IMG/VR virus record: IMGVR_UViG_3300018036_000004
Coordinates: 1-64,000 of that record
DNA: 64,000 nucleotides
Source: a virus
Direction: 5' to 3' (one strand)
The notes under the pieces are model-generated. The model had not been told where the DNA came from, ran no database searches, and worked only from the letters and a program-made list of their open reading frames with translations. A program made the position numbers and the translations under genes. Positions 1-10,189 of this stretch are shown one piece after another. The stretch's first letter is position 1. Every line of letters begins with the position of its first letter.

Positions 1-382
1 CAGTAAGTCTAATCGTAGGGCAAGTATGTCTAAGAAAGCCAATTGGTGGAATACTACTATTGTATTCGACTATGGCACAGACTTTCGTTTACACATTGGT
101 GCGGAACAGTCTTTCAGTGCTGGCTCTAGTTCTTTAGATCGTATTCTAAGTAACTCTATGCCACGAGTTAAAAAAGAAACTTACGAACCTATTTTAGAAC
201 TGTTGTCCAATAATCCTGACATTGGAATTTACAGACCAAGTTCGTTTGACGAGTTGCATATGGATAGTAGGCGTAAAAGTGTAATCTTAGGATGGTCTTT
301 AAGTGGTGTTAAGCCAAGAGACATGGACTTAGCAGCCTACTTAAAGTCTAATGGTATTAAAGGTTATATTGTTAAGGGTTAA
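1..382 (+). CDS. hypothetical protein, probably 5'-truncated by the window edge
   Basis: Frame stays open upstream of ATG 26 (SKSNRRAS-MSKKAN) and carries K/R-x-A motifs. Confidence 0.6.
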   Translation, partial: SKSNRRASMSKKANWWNTTIVFDYGTDFRLHIGAEQSFSAGSSSLDRILSNSMPRVKKETYEPILELLSNNPDIGIYRPSSFDELHMDSRRKSVILGWSLSGVKPRDMDLAAYLKSNGIKGYIVKG

Positions 383-402
383 TACATAACAAGGAGTTAA
401 AA

Positions 403-1089
403 ATGTATAACAGAAATTGGAAACCAGGTATGTCTCGTACACAACATAAAACAGCAGGTGGTATTAAAAACTCGGACTTAGATAGTCTTTTAAGTTTTGC
501 AGAAGCCTACGCTTCCTTAGGTAGTGCTGTACAAGAACAAGTGTATGACTTGTTTATGGGTGATTTTGACGACATTAACCCAAGTGCTGTACAAGCTATG
601 GCTAGAAAACTTAAAGGTAAAAACAATGAGTTAGACTCATTGTTTACAGATTTCCAACAGTGGTGGCAAGGCGCTATGGGTGAGAGTATTAGATTAGGTA
701 GTACTAGAAAATCATCCTCCAAGGACATTATACTGGAAAGGTTTAGAGAGATGTGGGCTCATCGTAATCCTAAACTTAATGGTAGGAGTGATGTTATTTT
801 TGGTGGAAGTTTAGACATAGTTTCTACAAGTCCAGATGGAGATACAATCACAATTGCCTTTGAAGCGGAAGCAGAGTATTCCTCGATCATGAGTGGTGAC
901 CCAGAAGAATACGCGGAAGACGCGCTACATAATCAAGTAGAGTCTGTTCTCAGTCGTATTTTTGGAGACAGTGTTTTACTGAATGACACAAAGGATAGTG
1001 ACTTCGACATAGGACGAGGGGAGATTCAGGGTTGGTTTGAAGCCGAAGTGTATCTTCCAGACGCGTTAAAAGCGTTAAGTAAACTCTAA
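403..1089 (+). CDS. hypothetical protein, putative virion/internal head protein
   Basis: AAGGAG RBS; basic N-terminal leader ending KTAG; acidic body. Confidence 0.65.
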   Translation: MYNRNWKPGMSRTQHKTAGGIKNSDLDSLLSFAEAYASLGSAVQEQVYDLFMGDFDDINPSAVQAMARKLKGKNNELDSLFTDFQQWWQGAMGESIRLGSTRKSSSKDIILERFREMWAHRNPKLNGRSDVIFGGSLDIVSTSPDGDTITIAFEAEAEYSSIMSGDPEEYAEDALHNQVESVLSRIFGDSVLLNDTKDSDFDIGRGEIQGWFEAEVYLPDALKALSKL

Positions 1090-1157
1090 TAATAGTTAAT
1101 AGTTATTTAATCCTAGTATGTATATAAACACATTTTAACATACTAGGATTTTTTATT

Positions 1158-1787
1158 ATGGCAGTACCAAAGAAATACGAACACATTGATTTTAAGCCCC
1201 CTAAGACAGTAGCAGACGCTGCAAAGAAAGGTTTAGAGTACCGACGACAATCTGGTAAAGGTGGTTTAAGTGCCCAAGAGGCTGGAGAGAAAGGTATTGG
1301 TAGTGGTGTACAAAGGGCTGTGAATCTAAAGAACAGAAACAACCTTACAGTAGACACTATTAAGATGATGAGAGGTTTCTTTGCTAGACATGAAAAGAAT
1401 AAGTCTATAGCCCCTAAAAATAAAGATACTCCATGGGAAGACGCGGGTCATGTGGCTTGGTTGTTATGGGGCGGTGATCCTGGTAAGAAGTGGGTCGATG
1501 GTATCTTGAAACAGATGGAAGAAGCCGATAAGAAAGAAGAACAAGAACAGTCTAAGAAAGCCAGTGTTCTAAGTGTGGTGAAGGCCTACAATAAAACGGC
1601 TTCTACTTATCGTAAAGCGAAGATGTTAGAACTTACAGATAAGTTAACACCTAAGCAAGAAAAGGAACTGGATAAGTTAGTAAAACTTATGAATAAGGGA
1701 TATGTAGAACAGGCTTTTATACAAGCCACAATGTTAGGTTTATCTAAACACTTACAAAGTTTAGTCTTACAAAACCGAAAACAATAA
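1158..1787 (+). CDS. phage head-associated conserved domain protein
   Basis: PP..V...A.KGL..R / G..RA..L / RM..FF.RH / AW.LWGGD.G..W pattern, which I recognise from phage head-morphogenesis loci; C-terminal tag-like helix. Confidence 0.6.
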   Translation: MAVPKKYEHIDFKPPKTVADAAKKGLEYRRQSGKGGLSAQEAGEKGIGSGVQRAVNLKNRNNLTVDTIKMMRGFFARHEKNKSIAPKNKDTPWEDAGHVAWLLWGGDPGKKWVDGILKQMEEADKKEEQEQSKKASVLSVVKAYNKTASTYRKAKMLELTDKLTPKQEKELDKLVKLMNKGYVEQAFIQATMLGLSKHLQSLVLQNRKQ

Positions 1788-1836
1788 ATAGTCAATCCTT
1801 TGTATAATGTAGTAATACTATACAAAGGATTTTACC

Positions 1837-3552
1837 ATGCGTAGAAGGAAACTGTCAGACCTTAAACCACCCCTTGGAACAGATATGTGTTCCATTTATG
1901 ATCGTATGCATCGACAAATACCGGTACTTAAGGAAACTAAGGACCCCCAACTGGCAATTAAACTTCTAAATATGTACAACAAAATTGAAAAGGGAGAGGA
2001 CTTAGACAAGTCAGAAGAACATAAGATGTACTCTCCCTTCACAGAAACCTACTCGAATCTAGACTTCTTTAAGGAAGTCTATTTAACAACACATGCCCAA
2101 TACCGAATGGATCTTCGGGGTTTGTCTGTAAAGGAGTTAGGTCAAGTTTTAGGTAGATGGGAAGACAAGTTAAAAAATAACAGACAGGCTCGAAAGGCTT
2201 TTAATAAACTAGCACACTCTAACAATACATCAAAGAACTTAGAGGATAAAGTATTAAAAGTTAGATTGGCTTTAGAGTTAGCGTTCGACGAAAGTGTTAG
2301 GAAGGACAAAAGACAACCTAACAACATTAGTCAAGTAAGAGTTAAAACAATTTATTATCTAAGTGGTTATCAACAACAAATTCCACCTCTGCAGAATTGT
2401 GTGTCTAGGCCAACCAATTTTCCTCCAGAGGAAAATAGTATTATTACTGAAAATAATAGTTGGGAAACTGTTAAGTTAGGTAACAGCTTTATTTTTGGAC
2501 TTCTTAGGAACGCTCCACTAGAAGTACAAGAGATAGTTAAAAGACCTTTACACGAAAGTATTGACTTACCTTTTAACCCTTATCCAAGTTACGAAACTTC
2601 TATTAGTGAACTGGAACATATAAGATACATACAAGATACTACAGAAGATTGGAACTTTGTTAAATGGGCTGACGAGGATACTTATGGTATATTCGTAGAA
2701 TACTTAAACGAGTTAGGTGTATTGGAAGACGGTTTATATTTAGACATTGAAACCGTAGGAGAGTCTGTTATTCCTATCATCTTAAAGTTAAAGTATTACT
2801 ATAATAGACCAAGGCCTTACCAGTACGCACAAAAAGAAGGTATAAAACACTTTTCGATGGACTTTGAAACAGCCCGAACACCTAGTTATCCTAGTGGACA
2901 TACACTACAAGCCACTTATATAGCCGAGTACTTATCGGATAGGTTTCCACAATTTACAAGAGGACTTAAAGACTTAGGTCGTCGTATTTCTAAAACAAGA
3001 TTACAGGCGGGTGTTCATTTTCCAAGTGATTGTTTATTTGGAGCACACTTGGCTAGAGTACTATACAAAGGATTACCCACTACCATGAGAGTTGCTAATA
3101 TGGATCAACAGAAAATTATTCGTCTATTGGATACAGTGGACGAAAGTATTATTCACCAAGTTTTGTCTATCACAGATTCTTTAAACCTTGGGTTTCAGTT
3201 CAAACCTGGAGAAAACCTATTAGACTTAGTAATGGACGCTATTTACACTGAAGTGGCAGACAAGACACCTAATAAATGTTTAGATATGGAAAATATGGAA
3301 CTACTTAATGTTAAAGGTGTTGTAGATACAGACACATTAATAATTACAGGTAAATTAGACTGGAGTTTTTGGTTAGAAGGTGATTACCAACAAGGACAAT
3401 GTGCTTTAGCCTTACAAAAAGAGTATGGATCAGATACTGTATGGGAAGCCTATAATCATTTAGACAATACTACTGTATATGAAGTTGAAATAAAGAAAAT
3501 GTTTAGTGTTACATTTAAAAACGGTAGGATGTCTGTAAAAGTGAGTAAGTAA
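1837..3552 (+). CDS. multidomain protein with PAP2-family phosphatase domain
   Basis: KYYYNRPRP, PSYPSGH and SKTRLQAGVHFPSD are the three PAP2/haloperoxidase motifs; N-terminal THAQYRMDLRG resembles DUF4258. Confidence 0.8.
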   Translation: MRRRKLSDLKPPLGTDMCSIYDRMHRQIPVLKETKDPQLAIKLLNMYNKIEKGEDLDKSEEHKMYSPFTETYSNLDFFKEVYLTTHAQYRMDLRGLSVKELGQVLGRWEDKLKNNRQARKAFNKLAHSNNTSKNLEDKVLKVRLALELAFDESVRKDKRQPNNISQVRVKTIYYLSGYQQQIPPLQNCVSRPTNFPPEENSIITENNSWETVKLGNSFIFGLLRNAPLEVQEIVKRPLHESIDLPFNPYPSYETSISELEHIRYIQDTTEDWNFVKWADEDTYGIFVEYLNELGVLEDGLYLDIETVGESVIPIILKLKYYYNRPRPYQYAQKEGIKHFSMDFETARTPSYPSGHTLQATYIAEYLSDRFPQFTRGLKDLGRRISKTRLQAGVHFPSDCLFGAHLARVLYKGLPTTMRVANMDQQKIIRLLDTVDESIIHQVLSITDSLNLGFQFKPGENLLDLVMDAIYTEVADKTPNKCLDMENMELLNVKGVVDTDTLIITGKLDWSFWLEGDYQQGQCALALQKEYGSDTVWEAYNHLDNTTVYEVEIKKMFSVTFKNGRMSVKVSK

Positions 3553-3695
3553 TGAAAGACAAAAACTTAGACATAGAACATATCCATACTTGTTTAAGAG
3601 CTTTATTAAAAGATTATCCTAGTACAGAGGACCAGAAGAGGTTAGTACAAAGTATAATGAAGCAAGTTAAACAACTAAAAAATATGGAACAATGA
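3552..3695 (+). CDS. small hypothetical protein (47 aa), not in ORF track
   Basis: TAATG coupling to the upstream gene and ATGA coupling to the downstream gene. Confidence 0.55.
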   Translation: MKDKNLDIEHIHTCLRALLKDYPSTEDQKRLVQSIMKQVKQLKNMEQ

Positions 3696-4003
3696 AAGAC
3701 TTATACTTAATACAATCCGATGTTACCGGAGCCATAAAAGTAGGTGTGTCTAAAACACCTGAGAAAAGATTAAAACAACTACAAACAGGAAGCCCTTATA
3801 AGTTAAAACTTATAGGTGTGTTTAAAAACAAAGGGTCTTGTGAAAGGGGTTTACATCAACTTCTACAACCTTACAGACAAAACATTAACAGACAAAGTAC
3901 TAAGGGTGAGTGGTTTGACTTTATGTGTATGGGCAGTCTACCTTTATGGATAATAGAAAATCTAGATTTAGAAATTGTAAATACATGGTGGGATAATAGT
4001 TAG
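3692..4003 (+). CDS. GIY-YIG superfamily, T5orf172/MUG113-like protein
   Basis: YLIQ..IKVGVS..PEKRL.QLQTGSP..ERGLH..GEWF. Confidence 0.85.
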   Translation: MKDLYLIQSDVTGAIKVGVSKTPEKRLKQLQTGSPYKLKLIGVFKNKGSCERGLHQLLQPYRQNINRQSTKGEWFDFMCMGSLPLWIIENLDLEIVNTWWDNS

Positions 4004-4055
4004 TCTATAACTTTTATACAAACACAAGTATATAAACACAAATTAGGAGAAAACT

Positions 4056-4385
4056 ATGAGCAGAAACCATAATGGTTTAAAGTACGCTTTAAACGAAATT
4101 GTAGAGTATCTTTTAGATGTTAGACACGAGGCTAATAAAAAACTTAAAAGAGAATTAAGTTATGATACAGAGATCTATAGGGATTTAGAACAGTTAACTA
4201 ATGAGTTAGTACCTGGTGCCACTATGGAAAGATTATCGGATGATGAGTATGAAGAGTTATCTCAAGACCAAGACTGGATGGACTTGTATGAAACTTGGGG
4301 TTTCTATAATGATATGTACAATGTACCTAAAGAAGTGGAAGCTATTTTAAATAGAGCCGTTGCTAGTATTGAAAATCTAACCTAA
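4056..4385 (+). CDS. hypothetical protein
   Basis: AGGAG RBS; 109 aa ORF. Confidence 0.6.
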   Translation: MSRNHNGLKYALNEIVEYLLDVRHEANKKLKRELSYDTEIYRDLEQLTNELVPGATMERLSDDEYEELSQDQDWMDLYETWGFYNDMYNVPKEVEAILNRAVASIENLT

Positions 4386-4447
4386 CAACTACTTTATACA
4401 TAGTGTAAAAACTCCTGTGTACTATAAAAGGTCACAGGAGTTTTTTA

Positions 4448-4981
4448 ATGTCTAAGTATCAAATTATATATACAGACCCACCTTGGGACTACAAAGGTCA
4501 AACACAACACAATGGTAAAGGTGGTGTTAAAACAGGTGGTGCTATCACACACTATCCTACAATGACTCTAAAACAGTTAAAAGAGTTAAAGCCAATGATA
4601 GAAGACTTAGCGGACGCAGATAACTGTTTAATGTTTATGTGGACTAGTTCACCACACTTAGACCAAGCCATAGATTTATTAAAAGCGTGGGGCTTTGAGT
4701 GGGCTACTATCGCTTTTGTATGGGACAAAGTAAAAGTTAATCCAGGTTTCTATACTATGTCACAATGTGAGATAGTACTTTTAGGTAAGATGGGTAAGAT
4801 ACCAAAGCCTAGAGGGGCTAGAAACATTAGGCAGTTTTTATCCCAAGAAAGAACAAGACATAGTGCTAAACCACATGAGATTCGTAAGCGTATAGAACAG
4901 ATGTTTCCTACACAAAAGAAGATAGAAATGTTTGCACGAGAAAAGTGTGAAGGTTGGGACTGTTGGGGCAACGAAGTTTAA
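4448..4981 (+). CDS. MT-A70 family N6-adenine methyltransferase
   Basis: IYTDPPW, FMWT, WGF, HSAKP, IEMFAR, GWDCWGNE. Confidence 0.9.
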   Translation: MSKYQIIYTDPPWDYKGQTQHNGKGGVKTGGAITHYPTMTLKQLKELKPMIEDLADADNCLMFMWTSSPHLDQAIDLLKAWGFEWATIAFVWDKVKVNPGFYTMSQCEIVLLGKMGKIPKPRGARNIRQFLSQERTRHSAKPHEIRKRIEQMFPTQKKIEMFAREKCEGWDCWGNEV

Positions 4982-5069
4982 AATTAACATTAAACATATA
5001 AAATTAACCTTTAAGTAAGTATATGTAAGTGTTCGTTAGAACATAACTCTAATCCTTAAAGGAGAATAT

Positions 5070-5264
5070 ATGCGTAAAGTTTTAAGTTTGGTGGCTCTGG
5101 CTACTTTCCTTGTACTAGCCTTTGGTAGTAAAGGTAACCCTGAGTATCGTGCTTGTTACGATCGTTGTGTAGATCGTAAAAATAAAAAGTATGAAGGTAT
5201 GGGGGGTGCTAATAAGATAGACCTGCAAGTATGTGCCGAAAACTGTGACGCTCGTCACAAGTAA
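5070..5264 (+). CDS. small secreted/membrane-anchored Cys-rich protein
   Basis: AAGGAG RBS; N-terminal hydrophobic helix; CxxxC...CxxxC. Confidence 0.6.
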   Translation: MRKVLSLVALATFLVLAFGSKGNPEYRACYDRCVDRKNKKYEGMGGANKIDLQVCAENCDARHK

Positions 5265-5327
5265 GGTAGTCTTTCTATTGTAATAAGGAGATAGTTCACT
5301 ATCTCCTTTTAACTTTAAGGGTTTGTT

Positions 5328-5762
5328 ATGAAATTGTTTTATACGAGTTTAAATGTGTTTATACCATTACTACTTGGTGGTATTGTATATCTTACATACA
5401 GATCGTCTTGTTTGTTAATGTTTGAGTGGGTAGACTACTTACATCTTACAACATATATAGAGTGGTTAAGGGCTTATGGGTCTGGTCTTAACTACACACC
5501 TTCTAGATTTACCTTGTACTCTTTACCTGATGGTGTGTGGGTACATAGTATGACGGCTACTTATCTTAGTATATGGAAAGAGGACTATAAGAAAGGTTTG
5601 GTTTGGATACTACTGGGCTTACTATTAGGTGTTGGTAGTGAGTTAGGTCAACTGTTTGGGCTAGTAAGTGGTGTGTTCGACTTACAAGATGTGTTTGCTT
5701 ATGTACTATTCTTTATAATAGGTGGTGTAATACAAGTAACAATCAACAACAATAGGAGTTAA
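5328..5762 (+). CDS. integral membrane protein
   Basis: Several hydrophobic helices; YSLPDG..W and E..Q.....G.FD..D pattern. Confidence 0.6.
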   Translation: MKLFYTSLNVFIPLLLGGIVYLTYRSSCLLMFEWVDYLHLTTYIEWLRAYGSGLNYTPSRFTLYSLPDGVWVHSMTATYLSIWKEDYKKGLVWILLGLLLGVGSELGQLFGLVSGVFDLQDVFAYVLFFIIGGVIQVTINNNRS

Positions 5763-5764
5763 CA

Positions 5765-6322
5765 ATGGGTGGAAAAGGATACTCAAGTGATGACAATCGC
5801 TCTATGCAATTAAACGATAACAATGACAGATACTACTCATCAAGGGGGATAGATCGGGATGAAGATTATGACGATTACGAACATGGTGGTAGTTCTAATG
5901 TACAACACAAACCAGTATTCCAAGACTATGTACCTTTTGTAGACTGGTTCCCATATTTTAAGACTTGGATACAGAACATTAAGATTAATATAGGCGAGTC
6001 TTACGAGATTGAAGGTAAGTTGAATGGTCTTACTACGATTCAATATGTAGAACATTTTAAAGGTTTCAATCTTTGGAACAGTGAACATAAGAAGACATGG
6101 GACTACTACAAAACCAGAGCCTTGGTGGACTATTGTGTGGATAAAGGTTTAACTTATACTGTACAATATGGTAGTGTTGTGGAATACAAGGTACAGAACT
6201 GGTCTAACTTTGGATTTGAAGCACAAAACATTATGTATGTGAACCATGTTATCTACGAAAACAATAACCTACTGTTTCCTAACAACGCAGAGGATCTATT
6301 CTTAACTACAAGGGATTTATAA
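5765..6322 (+). CDS. hypothetical protein
   Basis: AGGAG RBS; N-terminal DNRSMQLN.NND.YYSSRG motif. Confidence 0.6.
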   Translation: MGGKGYSSDDNRSMQLNDNNDRYYSSRGIDRDEDYDDYEHGGSSNVQHKPVFQDYVPFVDWFPYFKTWIQNIKINIGESYEIEGKLNGLTTIQYVEHFKGFNLWNSEHKKTWDYYKTRALVDYCVDKGLTYTVQYGSVVEYKVQNWSNFGFEAQNIMYVNHVIYENNNLLFPNNAEDLFLTTRDL

Positions 6323-6373
6323 GTTAAGTGGTAGGTTTTGTGTAGTACTATATACAAAACCTAGGAGTGAAGA

Positions 6374-7126
6374 GTGGAATACAAGTTATGGAATGGTAAC
6401 TGTTTAGAACTTATGTCCGATATAGAGGATAAGTCTGTCGATATGATTCTGTGCGACTTACCTTATGGAACAACAAACTGTAAGTGGGATAACATCTTAC
6501 CTTTTGAGGAAATGTGGCTTCAATATAACAGAGTTATCAAAGATAAAGGTGCTATTGTATTGTTCGCCACACAACCTTTTACAAGTGCTCTGATAATGAG
6601 TAATGTAGATATGTTCAAGTATTGTTGGACATGGGATAAGTGTATTGGTAGAGGTCACTTAGTAGCTAAAATCAGACCTTTACAGCGTACAGAAGATATA
6701 TGTGTGTTTGGTAAAGGCCTTATTAACTACTTTCCTATAATGGAAGAGAGAGATAAGCCTGTAAAAGGTAAAGAGGGTAAAAGAACAGACATTATGGGTG
6801 GAGAGAGTACGGGTTATGAACAAGTTTATACACATAAGTATCCACAGACACTTTTAAGTTATCCTATCCGTATTAAAAAAGAAGACAGAGTACATCCCAC
6901 ACAAAAACCTGTGTCTTTATTAGAGTATCTCATTAAAACATACACACAAGAGAACGAGTGGGTATTAGATAATACTATGGGTAGTGGTTCCACCGGATTA
7001 GCCTGCCAAGATACTAATCGTAACTTCATAGGTATAGAACAAAACGAAGAGTATTACAACATCGCTCAAAGAAGAATGGGTACTAATACTTACAGTACAA
7101 CAAACTTATTTAGGGCTGTACAATGA
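6374..7126 (+). CDS. DNA N4-cytosine/N6-adenine methyltransferase (beta class)
   Basis: CDLPYG (motif IV) precedes HPTQKP and LDNTMGSGSTG (motif I). Confidence 0.93.
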   Translation: MEYKLWNGNCLELMSDIEDKSVDMILCDLPYGTTNCKWDNILPFEEMWLQYNRVIKDKGAIVLFATQPFTSALIMSNVDMFKYCWTWDKCIGRGHLVAKIRPLQRTEDICVFGKGLINYFPIMEERDKPVKGKEGKRTDIMGGESTGYEQVYTHKYPQTLLSYPIRIKKEDRVHPTQKPVSLLEYLIKTYTQENEWVLDNTMGSGSTGLACQDTNRNFIGIEQNEEYYNIAQRRMGTNTYSTTNLFRAVQ

Positions 7127-7929
7127 GTAAATTAACATTATGGAATGGTAACTGTTTAGAGTTAATGTCTAATATAGAGGACAATAGTGTAGATTTAATC
7201 TTATGTGATTTACCCTATGGTACTACGGCTTGTAAGTGGGATACTGTTATACCTTTTGACTTATTGTGGGAGCAGTACAATAGAATAACAAAAGAGGATA
7301 GTGCTATTGTATTGTTTGGTCAAGAACCTTTCAGTTCTCACTTAAGAATGAGTAACTTAAAGATGTGGAAGTACGACTGGATCTGGTACAAAAATAGACC
7401 AAGTGGTGTAGCAACAGCTAAGTACAAGCCCATGGTGAACCATGAAATCATTTCTGTGTTTTGTAAAACCAAGACTCGATACTATCCTATAAAAGAAGAA
7501 AGGGATTTAAAACCAGAAAACGCACACTTGAAAGAGAAAGAGTTTACTAGGGCTTTCTACGGGTCTAGTACACAAGGAATGAAAACAGACAAACCAAACA
7601 AGTCTACTTTTACACCTTTAAGGTATCCTACAACAGTAAAGAGATACGATGCTGTCTCCAACCATAAAGGTAATAGACTACATCCAACACAAAAGCCTAT
7701 AGATCTATTAGAGTATTTAGTAAATACTTATACTCTAGAAGGGGACATTGTACTAGACAATACAATGGGTAGTGGTAGTACAGGTGTGGCTTGTCAAAAT
7801 ACTAATAGAAGGTTTATCGGTATTGAACAGAATGAAGAGTATTACAACATTGCTTGTAAACGAATGGAAGAGAACTTACATTCTACATTACATTTATTTA
7901 AAGTAGAAAAGGACAACAACAATGAGTAA
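7123..7929 (+). CDS. DNA N4/N6 methyltransferase (beta class), tandem paralogue
   Basis: CDLPYG, HPTQKP, LDNTMGSGSTG; ATGA overlap with the previous gene. Confidence 0.93.
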   Translation: MSKLTLWNGNCLELMSNIEDNSVDLILCDLPYGTTACKWDTVIPFDLLWEQYNRITKEDSAIVLFGQEPFSSHLRMSNLKMWKYDWIWYKNRPSGVATAKYKPMVNHEIISVFCKTKTRYYPIKEERDLKPENAHLKEKEFTRAFYGSSTQGMKTDKPNKSTFTPLRYPTTVKRYDAVSNHKGNRLHPTQKPIDLLEYLVNTYTLEGDIVLDNTMGSGSTGVACQNTNRRFIGIEQNEEYYNIACKRMEENLHSTLHLFKVEKDNNNE

Positions 7930-8437
7930 CTCTGTAAACCATCCTCAACATTATGGTGGAGAAGACAATAAGTATGAAGCCATTAAAATTATAGAGGCTT
8001 GGAATTGTGGGTTCTGTTTAGGAACCGCTCTTAAGTACTTAGTAAGGGCCGGTAAGAAAGACCAGTCCAAACTAATAGAGGACTATAAGAAGGCATTATG
8101 GTATGTACAAAGGGCTTTTACTAATCAAGAGTGTGTAGATGTACCTAAAGAAGGTGACTACTGTTTAAACAGTGTTTTAAAAGGCCTTATAGTCTGTGAC
8201 GATGTAAAAGAAGTTTTAAAGTGTGTTGCTAATAACCAACTGGAACCTGGTATATGGGCTTTACAATACATGACAGATCATACCTTAATAGGCAAGGCCT
8301 TAAAGATAGCGGAGATGTGGAACCTACAAGACGACTTTTTAGAGTCCTACAATAACTATATCTGGGAAGGTCGTTTAGAAGACGAGGCTATTAATATGGC
8401 CTTGTATGATTGGGACTTACCTCTCATTACACAATAA
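7922..8437 (+). CDS. DUF3310 domain protein
   Basis: VNHPQHY..EAI.IIE...FCLGTALKY..RAGKK...EDYKKALWY. Confidence 0.85.
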   Translation: MSNSVNHPQHYGGEDNKYEAIKIIEAWNCGFCLGTALKYLVRAGKKDQSKLIEDYKKALWYVQRAFTNQECVDVPKEGDYCLNSVLKGLIVCDDVKEVLKCVANNQLEPGIWALQYMTDHTLIGKALKIAEMWNLQDDFLESYNNYIWEGRLEDEAINMALYDWDLPLITQ

Positions 8438-8498
8438 ATCGTATATAAGAAAAGACCCTTGTCTTTTGTGTAGTTTTTAATAAAATTACCCTTGTCTT

Positions 8499-9092
8499 TT
8501 GTGTGGGTTTTGTATGTGTAGTTATCTTAGGTTACAGTTATGGCTTAGTTTTGTTGGAAGTTTAACATATACAATACTGGCACCTTTGGTAATGAAGTGG
8601 CATGGTGTGTATTGGACTACAACCATGATTTCTATATATATGCTTAGTACTAGGCTGTCGGGTTTTGTAACACCTTACTTTAGAAATCTATCTTTATTGG
8701 TGGGAACAGTGATGTGGGTATTCATAGACTTAGGATACTTTGGTATTACTACATTGTACTTTTTAAGTATTGAGTGGTACTTACTAGCAGACGCCATATT
8801 GTTATTTTTCACCCTTGTATTTCACAGTGTCTTCTTAGTAAACTTTAATGCTTTCTGTGTTACAAAGTATGGTGAAGAGACTTTTAAAGATTATTCTTAC
8901 ACTTTACATAGAGTATCTTCGGTCAGTGGTATTATTACATTCTCTTCTGTTATTGTACTAGAACACTTTAAAACACCTGTAGAGTATTACTTTTATATAT
9001 ACTGGTGTGGACTTGTGTGTTGTCTAGCCTTACAAAGTTATAACTTGTATAAACATTGGACTTTGTTATACAACGAACACAATAAACAATAA
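8499..9092 (+). CDS. multi-pass membrane protein (MFS half-like)
   Basis: About 6 hydrophobic segments; start uncertain (8514 possible). Confidence 0.55.
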   Translation: MCGFCMCSYLRLQLWLSFVGSLTYTILAPLVMKWHGVYWTTTMISIYMLSTRLSGFVTPYFRNLSLLVGTVMWVFIDLGYFGITTLYFLSIEWYLLADAILLFFTLVFHSVFLVNFNAFCVTKYGEETFKDYSYTLHRVSSVSGIITFSSVIVLEHFKTPVEYYFYIYWCGLVCCLALQSYNLYKHWTLLYNEHNKQ

Positions 9093-9124
9093 AGTTACTA
9101 TAAGATTGTATAGTAAAGGGTGTA

Positions 9125-9385
9125 ATGACTTACTATGTAATAAACATAAAAGGTATGTGGGTAGCTACTACAAAAGAGCCAATGAACTGTCCTACTAATG
9201 TCTATAAAACAGACAATACAGGACCAGAGGGATTAGATAGTATCTTTGGTTTATGTTGTACATATATATGGGGCGCTCATGTTATGACGACATACAGGTT
9301 CTCTTGTACACCATTCAAAGGTACTTACGGTACAGGGTTAAGAAGTTATTTTAAAGTACCTGTTAATAACATTCTTTTAGGGTAG
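9125..9385 (+). CDS. hypothetical protein
   Basis: ORF within the co-directional operon. Confidence 0.5.
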   Translation: MTYYVINIKGMWVATTKEPMNCPTNVYKTDNTGPEGLDSIFGLCCTYIWGAHVMTTYRFSCTPFKGTYGTGLRSYFKVPVNNILLG

Positions 9386-9389
9386 AGCT

Positions 9390-9635
9390 ATGTCAGTAGA
9401 ACCAATGAATATATACAGATGTATTGTGACTAGTAGAACTATTTACTTAGAGCCTACTGTTTCTTGGTCCCCTCAATCTCATGGGCTTCAAAGAAGAAAA
9501 CATTACTTTCAAAAGCAATTCCCAGAAAAGTCCTTAGTGTGGGTACAGGATAAAGAGCAATGGGAAACACTTAAACAAAACTATGCGGTGACTACTTTTA
9601 TTGTAGAAAACAATAAGTTAAAAAGTGGAGAGTAG
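9390..9635 (+). CDS. hypothetical protein
   Basis: ORF abutting the next gene. Confidence 0.5.
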   Translation: MSVEPMNIYRCIVTSRTIYLEPTVSWSPQSHGLQRRKHYFQKQFPEKSLVWVQDKEQWETLKQNYAVTTFIVENNKLKSGE

Positions 9636-10133
9636 ATGAAAGTAATTTTCTTAGACCATGACGGTGTTGTCTGTTTACAACATCAATGGGGTACAAGATT
9701 TAAGACTGGTGATATGTTTGACCAGTTTGACCCTAAAGCCGTAAAAGTTTTAAACAGTATCCTACAAGAAGTACAGTGTGAGATAGTTGTGTCTAGTGAT
9801 TGGCGCTTACATTGTGACCTAGACCACATGAAACAAACATATAGGGATAGGGGTGTCTTACAGTATCCTTATGACTACACACCTAAGATAAGTTCGTACA
9901 GAGAAGATGTGTGGAATGAAACTCAATCCTATAAAGATCAAGTGTCAATAGACGCTAAGGTGAGAGAGTTTGAAATTAGAGAGTGGTTAGTCCAACACCC
10001 TTATGTCACACATTGGGTAGCCATAGACGATCTTAACATGAAAGGGTTATCGAACTTTGTACATACAAGATACCCTTTGGAAGGTATTAAGCAAACTGGT
10101 ATAAAAGACAAGGTGTTGTCTTTTCTAAGGTAA
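9636..10133 (+). CDS. HAD-family phosphatase (Swiss-army-knife RNA-repair-type HAD)
   Basis: KVIFLDHDGV, IVVSSDWR, WVAIDD. Confidence 0.85.
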   Translation: MKVIFLDHDGVVCLQHQWGTRFKTGDMFDQFDPKAVKVLNSILQEVQCEIVVSSDWRLHCDLDHMKQTYRDRGVLQYPYDYTPKISSYREDVWNETQSYKDQVSIDAKVREFEIREWLVQHPYVTHWVAIDDLNMKGLSNFVHTRYPLEGIKQTGIKDKVLSFLR

Positions 10134-10189
10134 ACACAATAATCTTTTAATAGATTGTTGTTTATTAAATTCTAGAGGAAACCTTAATC

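Noticed and set aside
8455-8504. 17-bp direct repeat ACCCTTGTCTTTTGTGT x2
   Set aside because: Real but only two copies; most simply a local duplication.
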